Source: a virus (taxonomy: Duplodnaviria; Caudoviricetes). Taken from it: a DNA stretch of 55,578 nt. The notes under the pieces are model-generated. The model made no database searches and was not told the DNA's origin. It saw only the letters and a program-made list of their open reading frames with translations. The stretch lies in IMG/VR virus record IMGVR_UViG_3300032069_000014, positions 1-55,578 of that record; one strand, written 5' to 3'. Below are positions 37,521 to 46,284 of this stretch, piece by piece. A program made the translations under genes and the position numbers. Every line of letters starts with the position of its first letter. Within the stretch, counting starts at the first letter, position 1.

Positions 37521-37862
37521 ATGACTGATTTAGTACGAGACGAAAAATATAGTGCGAAGAGGAAAACGATCGAAAACGAGTATGTCGCTATTGTGCGAGT
37601 CCCTGCTGACATAGACAGAGATAAGTTACCTGAACCACTAAATCATTGGACAGATATGGGTATATTTAATCATGAGCGTCAGTTAGGCGCCAAATTTCAT
37701 GCTACTCTACGTGAAGCCCAGGAGGATCAAAGAGTTCATCGCCGGTTATTTCCGAGATTTCGTAGCTGCATAGAATATTGGACCGACGAAGAAATAGAGG
37801 AGTTAAACAGAGAAGATGAGAAGACGGGATCGTTACCTATTGGGATGAGGAGCTATCTCTGA
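37521..37862 (+). CDS. Hypothetical protein with MTDLVRDEKYSA leader
   Basis: ORF track plus shared leader. Confidence 0.75.
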   Translation: MTDLVRDEKYSAKRKTIENEYVAIVRVPADIDRDKLPEPLNHWTDMGIFNHERQLGAKFHATLREAQEDQRVHRRLFPRFRSCIEYWTDEEIEELNREDEKTGSLPIGMRSYL

Positions 37863-38134
37863 TGCACGAGAGCAAAGAAGAAATACTGCAGCGCGTCTTG
37901 AAAGAAGATCTCGGAGTAAGAGAGGCGCGTCTTCATATGCTCATGAATCACGAACTCGCGAAATGCAGACTCTGCAAAACACGACTCGATATCAAAGAAG
38001 CATGGGAGGCTGATAAGCATTCGTTACCCCAAATAGCTTTTTGTCCAACATGCGGTTTGTGGTTTCATACTAACCTACCCGAACAGAGCGGTGACTTTTC
38101 AAAAAGGAAAGTGGAAAATGTACATTCAGATTGA
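37862..38134 (+). CDS. Zinc-ribbon protein
   Basis: CRLC...CPTC. Confidence 0.6.
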   Translation: MHESKEEILQRVLKEDLGVREARLHMLMNHELAKCRLCKTRLDIKEAWEADKHSLPQIAFCPTCGLWFHTNLPEQSGDFSKRKVENVHSD

Positions 38135-38525
38135 AGATGCTTTCGCAGCCGCACATCATTTAGTAGGCTACGAAGGTAAATGCGCACGAATACACGGGCA
38201 CCGATGGGTTGTTAAAGCTGCATGGTGTGGTACCGTAGATAAAACTTCGGGAATGATCTGTGACTTTGCGGTACTAAAAGAAATACTGCGCGGTACTCTT
38301 GATAGCTTCGATCATCGTGACTTGAACGACTATCTCGAAAACCCTACAGCAGAGCACGTCGCCGAAGAGATCTTCCGCACCCTCAGAGCACGGAAGATAG
38401 GTTCTCTTACTCTCGCTTATGTCATTGTTGCTGAAACACCCGGATGCCAAGTCATGTTCAATGAGAAGGACTACGGCTGCTGTGGTGTTCACTCTACGTC
38501 GGAGCATGCTCTAGCGGGGAGTTAA
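38118..38525 (+). CDS. queD: 6-carboxy-5,6,7,8-tetrahydropterin synthase
   Basis: FAAAH.L..Y.GKC.RIHGH.W, DF..LK, FDH.DLND, NPTAE, V.ETP. Confidence 0.95.
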   Translation: MYIQIEDAFAAAHHLVGYEGKCARIHGHRWVVKAAWCGTVDKTSGMICDFAVLKEILRGTLDSFDHRDLNDYLENPTAEHVAEEIFRTLRARKIGSLTLAYVIVAETPGCQVMFNEKDYGCCGVHSTSEHALAGS

Positions 38526-38526
38526 C

Positions 38527-40086
38527 ATGTTTTACCTCGACGAGATCTTTCGCGGCATACAATTCGAAGGAGCGCTATGCGGAACGCCAGCGCTTTTCAT
38601 CCGTTTCCACGGATGCAATCTCCGCTGTCCCTATTGTTTCGGCGAAGGAACTAAAATCTTAATGGAGGATTTCACACAACGAAATATCGAAGAAGCCAAG
38701 ATAGGAGATCGGCTCATATCTGTTACGCGCCACCGACCAAAAGGTGAACATCTTCGCTTCTGCGTCGGAACTATAACACAAGTGATAAGTCGCTTTGCAG
38801 AGACAGTTAAAATCGGAAAGACGTGTGTTACGCCTTCGCATAAGTTCTTAAATCCCACTCATCGAGAATACTGGCAATCGGTAAGCTCTTTGAACAAGAA
38901 AAGACTTTATCACCTTCCTTTTCAAGAACAAACCGTTTTCTCCTCGAGCGAATACAAAAGAGGTTATCTCGCGGGTGCTTTTGCAGGTGATGGATGCTTT
39001 ACTCTTTTTCAGAAACGTTGGCTCCGTGCTTTACTTTTCGCTAAAGATCAGGAGATGATCGAGACAGCAAAAAAGTACATCGAAGATGAATTTGGGTTTT
39101 CTCCTCGAATTGCGCTGCACTACACCCCTATGCTCACTCTTCGCGGAATAGAGGAAACACAGAGCGGACGAGCTAAGAAAATCCTGGAGGGGATAAAAGA
39201 GCTCGACAGCCAGAATTACAAAACGGGTTTTCTCGCTGGTTTCTACGACGCCGAAGGTACTATAGGCACGAAAAATGAGATAAGGATCTCCAATAAAGAA
39301 GAAGGACTAATTAAGCGCGCAGAACGTTACGCACGGGATTTAGATTTCAAAACTCAATTGAGATTCGAAGAGAGCGGAATGTTTAACTTAAGAATTCTCA
39401 ATCCCGCGGGCTTTTTTTGTTTGACTCAACCGAAGATTCTTCGGAAGCTCATTGCTTCGCATAGTCTTCGAACTTTGAACAAAGAAGAAGTCGAGGTAGA
39501 ACAAGAAAGACACACACAAAAAGTCTTTAACATCGCTGTCGATACAGGCGCTTACATTGCAGATGGCTTTATCGTTTCTAACTGCGACACCCAATATGCA
39601 AGAGAAGGCAAAGGATGGCCTTTGGACGGAGGGGGATTAGCGCGAATCGTAGCTGAAAGTGTCCCTTTGAAAACAGTCATCCTTACTGGAGGTGAGCCTA
39701 CATTACAGCCGCTTGTTGAGGAACTTGTGCCGCTACTTCCTGCGGAGCCTTTTATCTGTATCGAGACGAACGGAACACGCCCGAGCGTGATTAAAGCACT
39801 TCGCGAATTAATTCCAGATCTGTGGGTTACCTTTTCTCCGAAAGCTATTAAAGACGCAGAGAAGATCTACGCACCTATGTGGGAGTTAGCGAGCGAGATC
39901 AAAGTGATCTTCGGGTCACTGGATGAAGCGTTCCTGGTACGCGCAACAGGAGAAAGAAAACCCCTTTTTATGCAACCAATGGAACGTGACGGCACGATCG
40001 ACTGGGAACCCGTGGTACAGTTCGTAGGAGAACATCCAGAATGGCGAATGAGTTTTCAAACACACAAGATACTGGGCCTAAAGTAA
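38527..40086 (+). CDS. queE: 7-carboxy-7-deazaguanine synthase (radical SAM) interrupted by an intein
   Basis: EIF..IQ.EG...GTP..FIRF.GCNLRCPY|...|CDT, LTGGEP, IETNGT, SPK, WRMSFQTHK. Confidence 0.93.
   Translation: MFYLDEIFRGIQFEGALCGTPALFIRFHGCNLRCPYCFGEGTKILMEDFTQRNIEEAKIGDRLISVTRHRPKGEHLRFCVGTITQVISRFAETVKIGKTCVTPSHKFLNPTHREYWQSVSSLNKKRLYHLPFQEQTVFSSSEYKRGYLAGAFAGDGCFTLFQKRWLRALLFAKDQEMIETAKKYIEDEFGFSPRIALHYTPMLTLRGIEETQSGRAKKILEGIKELDSQNYKTGFLAGFYDAEGTIGTKNEIRISNKEEGLIKRAERYARDLDFKTQLRFEESGMFNLRILNPAGFFCLTQPKILRKLIASHSLRTLNKEEVEVEQERHTQKVFNIAVDTGAYIADGFIVSNCDTQYAREGKGWPLDGGGLARIVAESVPLKTVILTGGEPTLQPLVEELVPLLPAEPFICIETNGTRPSVIKALRELIPDLWVTFSPKAIKDAEKIYAPMWELASEIKVIFGSLDEAFLVRATGERKPLFMQPMERDGTIDWEPVVQFVGEHPEWRMSFQTHKILGLK
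38635..39582 (+). mobile_element. Intein with LAGLIDADG homing endonuclease (316 aa)
   Basis: Starts CFGEGTKI; block B TPSH; YLAGAFAGDG and FLAGFYDAEG; ends VFNIAV...IVSN|C. Confidence 0.92.
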
Positions 40087-40124
40087 GTCGAGCACAGAAA
40101 AAAGTACTCTCCAACTGGGAGAAT

Positions 40125-40685
40125 ATGGGTTTAGGAAAGCTGCTGCTCTCTCTTGGCGAGGATCTGACGCGGCAGGGACTTCTAGAAACGCCGGCGAGAG
40201 TTATTCGTGCTTGGAAGGAGCATCTCTCCGGATACACTATGGATCCGGACGAGATTGTCGCAAAGGTCTGGGACGCTGAAGGCGGCGGCGATATTATCGC
40301 CCGCAATATCTTCTTCAGTTCTCTCTGCGAACATCATTGCCTGAGTTTCTTCGGGTATATCGACGTCGCTTATCGCGTATTACCAAGAGGCAAAGTTCTT
40401 GGTTTAAGTAAGATCCCGCGTCTCATTCATTGTTTCTCCCATAGACTACAGATCCAAGAGAGGCTGGCGAACCAAATCGCAGATACCATCGCGAAGAAGA
40501 TTCATCCTCGGGGTCTTGTTATTCGTGTAAGTGCGCGGCATCTCTGCTGCACAGGGAGAGGCGTAAGAACAGAATCGATGCAGATGACCACTATCACAAC
40601 ACGCGGCCCTTCTCGCGTATGCGAAACTTTACTACAACGAATAGGAGACAAACGAAATGGAACGGAAATTATATCTGCCGAATAA
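40125..40685 (+). CDS. folE: GTP cyclohydrolase I
   Basis: GLLETPARV, SLCEHH, GLSKIPR, RLQIQERL, HLC...RGV. Confidence 0.93.
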   Translation: MGLGKLLLSLGEDLTRQGLLETPARVIRAWKEHLSGYTMDPDEIVAKVWDAEGGGDIIARNIFFSSLCEHHCLSFFGYIDVAYRVLPRGKVLGLSKIPRLIHCFSHRLQIQERLANQIADTIAKKIHPRGLVIRVSARHLCCTGRGVRTESMQMTTITTRGPSRVCETLLQRIGDKRNGTEIISAE

Positions 40686-41172
40686 TGGTATCGTCGCGCT
40701 TACGCGCTGGCTCGCGCGCTCGATAAACGCCGCTCTTCCTATATGCTTCGATTATCGTCTTCCCATAACTCTTATGGGAATTGCGGAAGGAGGACTCCCG
40801 TTTACTAAGCTCCTATCATCTTTTCTCGAGATGCCTCATTACCAAGCTTTTCTCCAGAAAGATACGAATGGCTCGTTCCTTCTTCCGCCCGGAGTACCAC
40901 ACAATCAAATAATTCTTGCCGACTGCATTTTCGACACAGGAAAAACGTTCGTTAAGGCGCACGAGCTATTCGCTTTAGTAGAAGCAACAGTAAGCGGTGT
41001 GGTCCTTCTGCAGCGATGTGAGAGAGAACTTAACATAAATCTCCCGCATCCTCGTTTTACCGGCTTCTTGGTTCCCGGGCGTGAGTTCTTCGTCGGCTTC
41101 GGTCTCGATGATAAAGAAGGAAAAAACAGAGAGCTACCCGACATTTACAGCGAAGGAGAAATTGAATTATGA
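40657..41172 (+). CDS. Purine phosphoribosyltransferase (HGPRT-like, divergent)
   Basis: GG.PF, ILADCIFDTGKT PRPP loop, FFVGFGLD...RELPDI. Confidence 0.8.
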   Translation: MERKLYLPNNGIVALTRWLARSINAALPICFDYRLPITLMGIAEGGLPFTKLLSSFLEMPHYQAFLQKDTNGSFLLPPGVPHNQIILADCIFDTGKTFVKAHELFALVEATVSGVVLLQRCERELNINLPHPRFTGFLVPGREFFVGFGLDDKEGKNRELPDIYSEGEIEL

Positions 41173-41453
41173 CGCTAGACTACAACGAGGCGGAAAGGCG
41201 TCTTAAGGAATTGTGTTGTGTAATTCTCAAAGACGCACGTACAGCAGCGCCAATGGCGATTGGTTATGCAGAAGACGTTTTTCGAACAATGATTCAAACA
41301 AACCACTACCTGGAAGTTCAGATATTGTATATCCTATCGAACTTAGAGTCGTGGCGCGGCGATTTGGCGCGTGAGACGAAAAAGCGACTGAGGGAACTAC
41401 TCAGGGAGTTACAAGATGGACCTCTCATTGATTACACCCCCGGCATTCGTTGA
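41169..41453 (+). CDS. Conserved phage hypothetical protein
   Basis: QILYILSNL..WRG..ARE.K..L motif; RBS AAGGAG. Confidence 0.6.
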   Translation: MTLDYNEAERRLKELCCVILKDARTAAPMAIGYAEDVFRTMIQTNHYLEVQILYILSNLESWRGDLARETKKRLRELLRELQDGPLIDYTPGIR

Positions 41454-42237
41454 ATATACCTCACTATTACCGGGTCGTTTCTGTATCGGTTCAGCAGCAG
41501 TATGTAACAACAGATACAGAGACTTCTTCAAAAAGTCGGCAGCGCAAGGGTATCGTGTCATTCTCGACAACGGAGCTTTCGAAGGAAATCTTCTCGCTCC
41601 CTCGATGCTACATGAGCTCGCGTGTGAAATTGGAGCCGCAATTGTTGTTGCACCGGATATTTATAACGGCGATACACAAGAGAGCTTGTCTCTATCACAG
41701 CGCTATCTGGACGAGTATTTAGGAGAAGCCTCTTATTCGCTGATGCTTGTACTGCAGTGTGCGCCAGGTCAGATTTTGATCGATGAAATGATTGAAGGAT
41801 TACCGAAAGGTTTCGATTGGATTGGGCTCCCTCGGATACTCGCTCATAATCTGTATGCTCGACAAACGCATTGCAACAAACAAGAGTTGCTGCGTTTTCT
41901 TCTCGCGGCCAATTTACAATCGGGCGCAGCTTTTGGTAAGTTAAGAGAAAGAAAGATTCACTTTCTCGGTTTGGGTGACGAGCTTTTCATGCTCCCGTAT
42001 TTCTGGTGGGTAGATTCAATCGACACTGCTTCGCTTTTCTGGCAAGCAATGTGCGGTAATAGAGTTACGAAAGACGGATTTCTCCACACGCGTATTTCTC
42101 GTCCTTCTAACTACTTCTCTCTTACTCACGCCGGGCCCCAATTCGAAAGCTGCCTCGAGCATAACTGCAAATATGCTCTTGAATGGGCCGAAAAAGCGAA
42201 CGAGCGGCGAAGAGAAATTACCGGCAATCTTTATTAG
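41416..42237 (+). CDS. TGT/DpdA-like TIM-barrel protein (candidate DNA 7-deazaguanine transglycosylase)
   Basis: VILDNGAFE, VAPD, IHFLG, VDSIDT motifs; located inside the que cluster. Confidence 0.65.
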   Translation: MDLSLITPPAFVEYTSLLPGRFCIGSAAVCNNRYRDFFKKSAAQGYRVILDNGAFEGNLLAPSMLHELACEIGAAIVVAPDIYNGDTQESLSLSQRYLDEYLGEASYSLMLVLQCAPGQILIDEMIEGLPKGFDWIGLPRILAHNLYARQTHCNKQELLRFLLAANLQSGAAFGKLRERKIHFLGLGDELFMLPYFWWVDSIDTASLFWQAMCGNRVTKDGFLHTRISRPSNYFSLTHAGPQFESCLEHNCKYALEWAEKANERRREITGNLY

Positions 42238-42246
42238 GAAAAGAAA

Positions 42247-42576
42247 ATGATAACCACAGATAGCGAACCTGCAGGATACGCGTTCAAGATGTTGATAAAT
42301 GGAAGAATCAATGGTATAGAGCACTTTATGTTGGACCTAGAAAACATGTTGCACGCATTGTTTGGGCCTCAACGAGTTTTATGGCAAGGATGGACTTTCG
42401 AGGATACGACAATATTTATATTTACAATAGCTTCGCCTACTGCGCATGAGTCGGCGAAATTTATCAAACTCGCAACAACAATACCGCTAGATCAGAGCAG
42501 CGCCTATTTTGCGCCCACGTACGTCTCTCTTTCTGATCCAGGTACGTTCAAAACCTTAGCTGAGGTGGCATCATGA
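42247..42576 (+). CDS. Hypothetical protein
   Basis: ORF fills the gap and has an RBS. Confidence 0.5.
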   Translation: MITTDSEPAGYAFKMLINGRINGIEHFMLDLENMLHALFGPQRVLWQGWTFEDTTIFIFTIASPTAHESAKFIKLATTIPLDQSSAYFAPTYVSLSDPGTFKTLAEVAS

Positions 42577-42710
42577 TCGTTCTGTTCGCGTTAATATGCG
42601 TTCTCTTCGGGGGACCGTGGGTAGCGCTCCTGGGATTCTTTATACTCCTCTGGGTAACGGTGAAAGAATGCTTCAAAACATCTGCCCCTATCCCACCCAA
42701 GAGCAAATAG
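42573..42710 (+). CDS. Small membrane protein (not in ORF track)
   Basis: ATGA overlap, RBS GAGG; MIVLFALICVLFGGPWVALLGFFILLWV..., 45 aa. Confidence 0.45.
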   Translation: MIVLFALICVLFGGPWVALLGFFILLWVTVKECFKTSAPIPPKSK

Positions 42711-44476
42711 ATGCTTCCGATAAACCGATTGCTCTTGATACTGAGACTGAAGGTGAGACGAGAGACACGAATATCCCTGTCTACTTCAGCTGGGCTGCAC
42801 GCGACTTTGGTTCGGGAGCCGGTCCGCTTCTTACACCCGAGGGCTTCGAAGCAGCGCGACGACTATGTGAGAATTCGCGCCCAAAGATATGCCATAACCT
42901 AAAGTTCGATGCTCAGTGCTTCGATTATCTAGGATTCAATCTGAACGGGGAGCTCCACGATACCACGTTACTGCACGTTCTCCTTGACGAACACCATCTC
43001 GAGCATCACCGCCTCAAAGCACTTTCGCGCGAGCTGTTAGGTCGTTCGCGAAGCGATGAGTACGTAATGGATCGCGAACGCGAGAAGCACTATTTCACCG
43101 AAATACCGCAAGAGCTTTCGCATCCATACGCGGTGAGTGATGCAGAAGATGCCTTGGAACTCTTTTATCTCTTTGCTCCGCAGGTAAAAGAGATAGGCTG
43201 TTGGGATCTCTATCGTAATGAAGTTGCTGCGGCGCTTGCTTATAAGAGAATAGAGCAAAGCGGAGTGGGAGTAGATCTCGATGCGCTTACTATTGCTCTG
43301 GGACGTATAGATGAGGCGCTCACTAAACTATCAGAGCAGATCTATGCGGTCTTTGATGAACAATTTCTGATAAGCAGCGCGGAGCAATTAGGGGATGTCC
43401 TCGTAAAACATTTTCCTCTTTTAGAAAGAACCGCAACAGGGCAGGTTGCTACAAGTAAAAAGATACTGGAACCTTTCAAGAGTGACTCGCGAATGCAACT
43501 TGTGCTTGCGTTTCGCTTTCTCTTCAAGTCAGCGTCGACGTTAAGGGGTTATTATCGAAGAGTAAGAGAAGGGAGAGTACACCCGGAGTATCGCCAAACG
43601 ACCACAACAGGAAGAAGTGCAGCAAAAGATCCGCCCGTACAGCAGATTCCGAAACAACGAGGTCGCATCACAGAAATCGAAGTAGGTTCCAAGGAGCTCG
43701 CGCAGATATGCGCAGATGCATTTCGAAGTGTACGCGCAGTGTTCATCCCCTCACCGGGCGCTTTTCTGCTCGCAATTGACTATTCCCAGATCGAGTTCTG
43801 CGCCTTCGTTCACTACACAGGAAGTAAGCGCTTGGCTGAAGCTGTGGTGAACGGTACAGACATTCATCGCGCAATATGCGAGATGGTCTTCGGTACATAT
43901 GACGATCGTCTCCGCCACATCACAAAAATGCTCAACTATGGCATCCTTTACGGAATGTCTGTTAAACGAGCGGGGCAGCAGCTCGCGGGCGAGAAACTAG
44001 GAGATATAAAAGTCGAGGATATTATTCCAAGATATGAGCGCGCGATTCCCGAAATGAGAGGAACACAGAAACTAATTCAGACCGTAGGTGAGATGAGAGG
44101 ATATGTCAAGGACATTTTTAGTCGGCGTTATCGTTACGCCGAGCATATTGGTTCCTATACCTTAGTCGCTTGGCTTTGTCAGGGTACTGTCGCGAATATG
44201 AAGAAACATGCGCTGGTGCGTTGCGACCGCCTATTAGAAGGACGGAGAAGCCGAATATGCTTAGATATTCACGATGAGCTGGTCTTCGATCTCTTTCCGG
44301 AAGATATCTCTCTTATTCCTCTTATCAAAGCCGAAATGGAACGATTTCCTGAACTGTGTGTTCCGACGAAAGTCGAGATAAGTGGCGGCCCTAATCTGCT
44401 ATTGCTAAAGAAAATGACCGTTGAACAACTAACAGGCCCCGAAGAGCCTTGGAAGGAATGGATCAATGGGCGATGA
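42668..44476 (+). CDS. polA: Family A DNA polymerase with 3'-5' exonuclease
   Basis: Exo ALDTET, HNLKFD, YAVSD; pol motifs IDYSQIE, RHITKMLNYGILYG, IHDELV. Confidence 0.93.
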   Translation: MLQNICPYPTQEQIDASDKPIALDTETEGETRDTNIPVYFSWAARDFGSGAGPLLTPEGFEAARRLCENSRPKICHNLKFDAQCFDYLGFNLNGELHDTTLLHVLLDEHHLEHHRLKALSRELLGRSRSDEYVMDREREKHYFTEIPQELSHPYAVSDAEDALELFYLFAPQVKEIGCWDLYRNEVAAALAYKRIEQSGVGVDLDALTIALGRIDEALTKLSEQIYAVFDEQFLISSAEQLGDVLVKHFPLLERTATGQVATSKKILEPFKSDSRMQLVLAFRFLFKSASTLRGYYRRVREGRVHPEYRQTTTTGRSAAKDPPVQQIPKQRGRITEIEVGSKELAQICADAFRSVRAVFIPSPGAFLLAIDYSQIEFCAFVHYTGSKRLAEAVVNGTDIHRAICEMVFGTYDDRLRHITKMLNYGILYGMSVKRAGQQLAGEKLGDIKVEDIIPRYERAIPEMRGTQKLIQTVGEMRGYVKDIFSRRYRYAEHIGSYTLVAWLCQGTVANMKKHALVRCDRLLEGRRSRICLDIHDELVFDLFPEDISLIPLIKAEMERFPELCVPTKVEISGGPNLLLLKKMTVEQLTGPEEPWKEWINGR

Positions 44477-44588
44477 GTTAAAAGAAATCGCAGACCGACT
44501 AGAGAACGCGATCGACGGCACAGATAACGAGGAGCTTCAGGATATTCTCGATGATCTGCGGGAGTACATAGCTAACACGGAGGGATAA
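44466..44588 (+). CDS. Small acidic protein (not in ORF track)
   Basis: MGDELKEIADRLENAIDGTDNEELQDILDDLREYIANTEG fills the gap exactly. Confidence 0.5.
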   Translation: MGDELKEIADRLENAIDGTDNEELQDILDDLREYIANTEG

Positions 44589-44592
44589 CTTC

Positions 44593-45192
44593 ATGAAGAG
44601 CCTCATTCTCGGTACAGGTGGAATCTGTAGCGCAACAGTAATGTCTTTGGCAAGAAAAGAAGGCGAGGCTATAGCTCTCTTCATAGAGCACGACCAAGAT
44701 AACATAAATCGGGACCACGATGCTTTTTTGGCTCTTTGCGGATACTTCGACATAGGTGCGCTCTCTGAGCCTTTACGCGCTCCGAAAATATGGCTCCCTT
44801 TCAAGCTAACGCTTTTCATTTCTTACGCTCTTGTACGTGCGCAAGAGCTAGGATGCGGAATCGTATACTATGGGGCGAGCCAAGACGATCTATTGATCGA
44901 GAGTAGTGAGACGTACTTGTCTACATTCCGTCTCCTTGCACGAAAATTCCAAGAGGAGGAAGAAAAGGAACCGTCGGTTGATGCCGAAGCGCCTCTTGCT
45001 CTTCTGGATATAAAACGCATTATCCGCGTCGGTTCAGATCCTGCCTATAAGGTTCCTTGGGAGCTAACCTATAGCTGCGAAAAAGGAGGCGAGAAACATT
45101 GTGGTGAATGCACTCATTGTAAACGAAGACGCGCAGGCTTCGCCGCATGTAGAATGAAGGATCCTGCAAAATACATAAGGATAAGGAAATAA
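44593..45192 (+). CDS. Divergent QueC-like protein
   Basis: TGGICS in place of SGGLDS; VPWELTYSC...HCGECTHC..R zinc site retained. Confidence 0.75.
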   Translation: MKSLILGTGGICSATVMSLARKEGEAIALFIEHDQDNINRDHDAFLALCGYFDIGALSEPLRAPKIWLPFKLTLFISYALVRAQELGCGIVYYGASQDDLLIESSETYLSTFRLLARKFQEEEEKEPSVDAEAPLALLDIKRIIRVGSDPAYKVPWELTYSCEKGGEKHCGECTHCKRRRAGFAACRMKDPAKYIRIRK

Positions 45193-45206
45193 CAAGGAGT
45201 TAAGTA

Positions 45207-46061
45207 ATGGAACATAAAACGGTCCTTTTTCTTGTGGTTTTAGTTCTCCTCGGCCTAGCTGTATGCATCATTGTGATGGAATCAGATCCAGTAACGCGAG
45301 ATTTGCGTCTCGAAATAGCGAAACGACAAGTCGAATACAGAGAAAAAGCTATAACCGAAAGAGAAAAAGCAGAGCAGGAAATTGCAGCCATAAGAGAAAA
45401 TGCGGCGGCGAAAAAGGCACAACTACTCGAACCGCGTGAAGAACCGACTAAGATTGAAGCACCGCCTAAGATTGAAGGCCCGGGTTTCTTTGAGAAGCCC
45501 ACCGCTTCAGCACCCACTCCGGCGCCGGCACTGACACCTCCACCAGTACCCGCTCCGGCTACAGCACCGGCTCTAACTCCACCAGTTCCTACCACGACGC
45601 CACGACCCAGCATACAAGCCAAGTGCGCTTATTGTCGTGGCTTAGGGACCATACAGTGCCAGGCTTGTATAAACACCGGTGGTTTCTCTACTGGCCTTAT
45701 GGCGTGCCCTATATGTAATACAGCTCGAACAGTTGTATGTCCTTCTTGTAATGGTCACTGGGATGAACTCTGTACCCGATGTTCGGGCAAAGGATATATT
45801 CTAGTCCAAGAATATCGACCTGGTACGGAATATATACCAGGTTATGGTCGTGTTGCTACACGAGTTCTGTGCACGGTTAGAAAAGACTGTACGGCTTGCG
45901 GATCAACGGGTAGAATCATTCTATGTAGAAAATGTATAAAGGGTCGTATCCAATGTCCTAATTGTAAAGGTGCTGGAAGAATTGGTGTGTGCCCGGTATG
46001 TAAGGGAGAGAAACGTGTGCCCTGCCCCAAATGCAGTTCGACCACCGACTCAATGAGGTAA
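45207..46061 (+). CDS. Membrane-anchored protein with Pro-rich linker and DnaJ-type CxxCxGxG zinc fingers
   Basis: N-terminal TM, coiled coil, PAP repeats, many CxxC(xGxG) motifs. Confidence 0.75.
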   Translation: MEHKTVLFLVVLVLLGLAVCIIVMESDPVTRDLRLEIAKRQVEYREKAITEREKAEQEIAAIRENAAAKKAQLLEPREEPTKIEAPPKIEGPGFFEKPTASAPTPAPALTPPPVPAPATAPALTPPVPTTTPRPSIQAKCAYCRGLGTIQCQACINTGGFSTGLMACPICNTARTVVCPSCNGHWDELCTRCSGKGYILVQEYRPGTEYIPGYGRVATRVLCTVRKDCTACGSTGRIILCRKCIKGRIQCPNCKGAGRIGVCPVCKGEKRVPCPKCSSTTDSMR

Positions 46062-46065
46062 GAAA

Positions 46066-46284
46066 ATGAAAACCAACACAACAATAGAAGGTCAGCTTGA
46101 GATTGATCACGATCGTGGTGTGATCTACTTCCATAGTCTCACTGGGCAGACAGAGTTGCGTATTTGTCGTTTGCCTCGTCCGATTCCGAGATACAAGGCG
46201 CTTGACATCACGCATATGTACGGATGCAGTTGGAACGAAGAGAAGGACTCGAGCAAAAATGAAGATCATAGCGATCGATCCTAG
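46066..46284 (+). CDS. Hypothetical protein
   Basis: GQLEIDHDRGVIYFH; RBS GAGG. Confidence 0.55.
   Translation: MKTNTTIEGQLEIDHDRGVIYFHSLTGQTELRICRLPRPIPRYKALDITHMYGCSWNEEKDSSKNEDHSDRS

Noticed and set aside
35149-37561. Leader repeats as integron attC sites or CRISPR repeats
   Set aside because: Not palindromic, no integrase seen, and they comprise an RBS plus coding sequence
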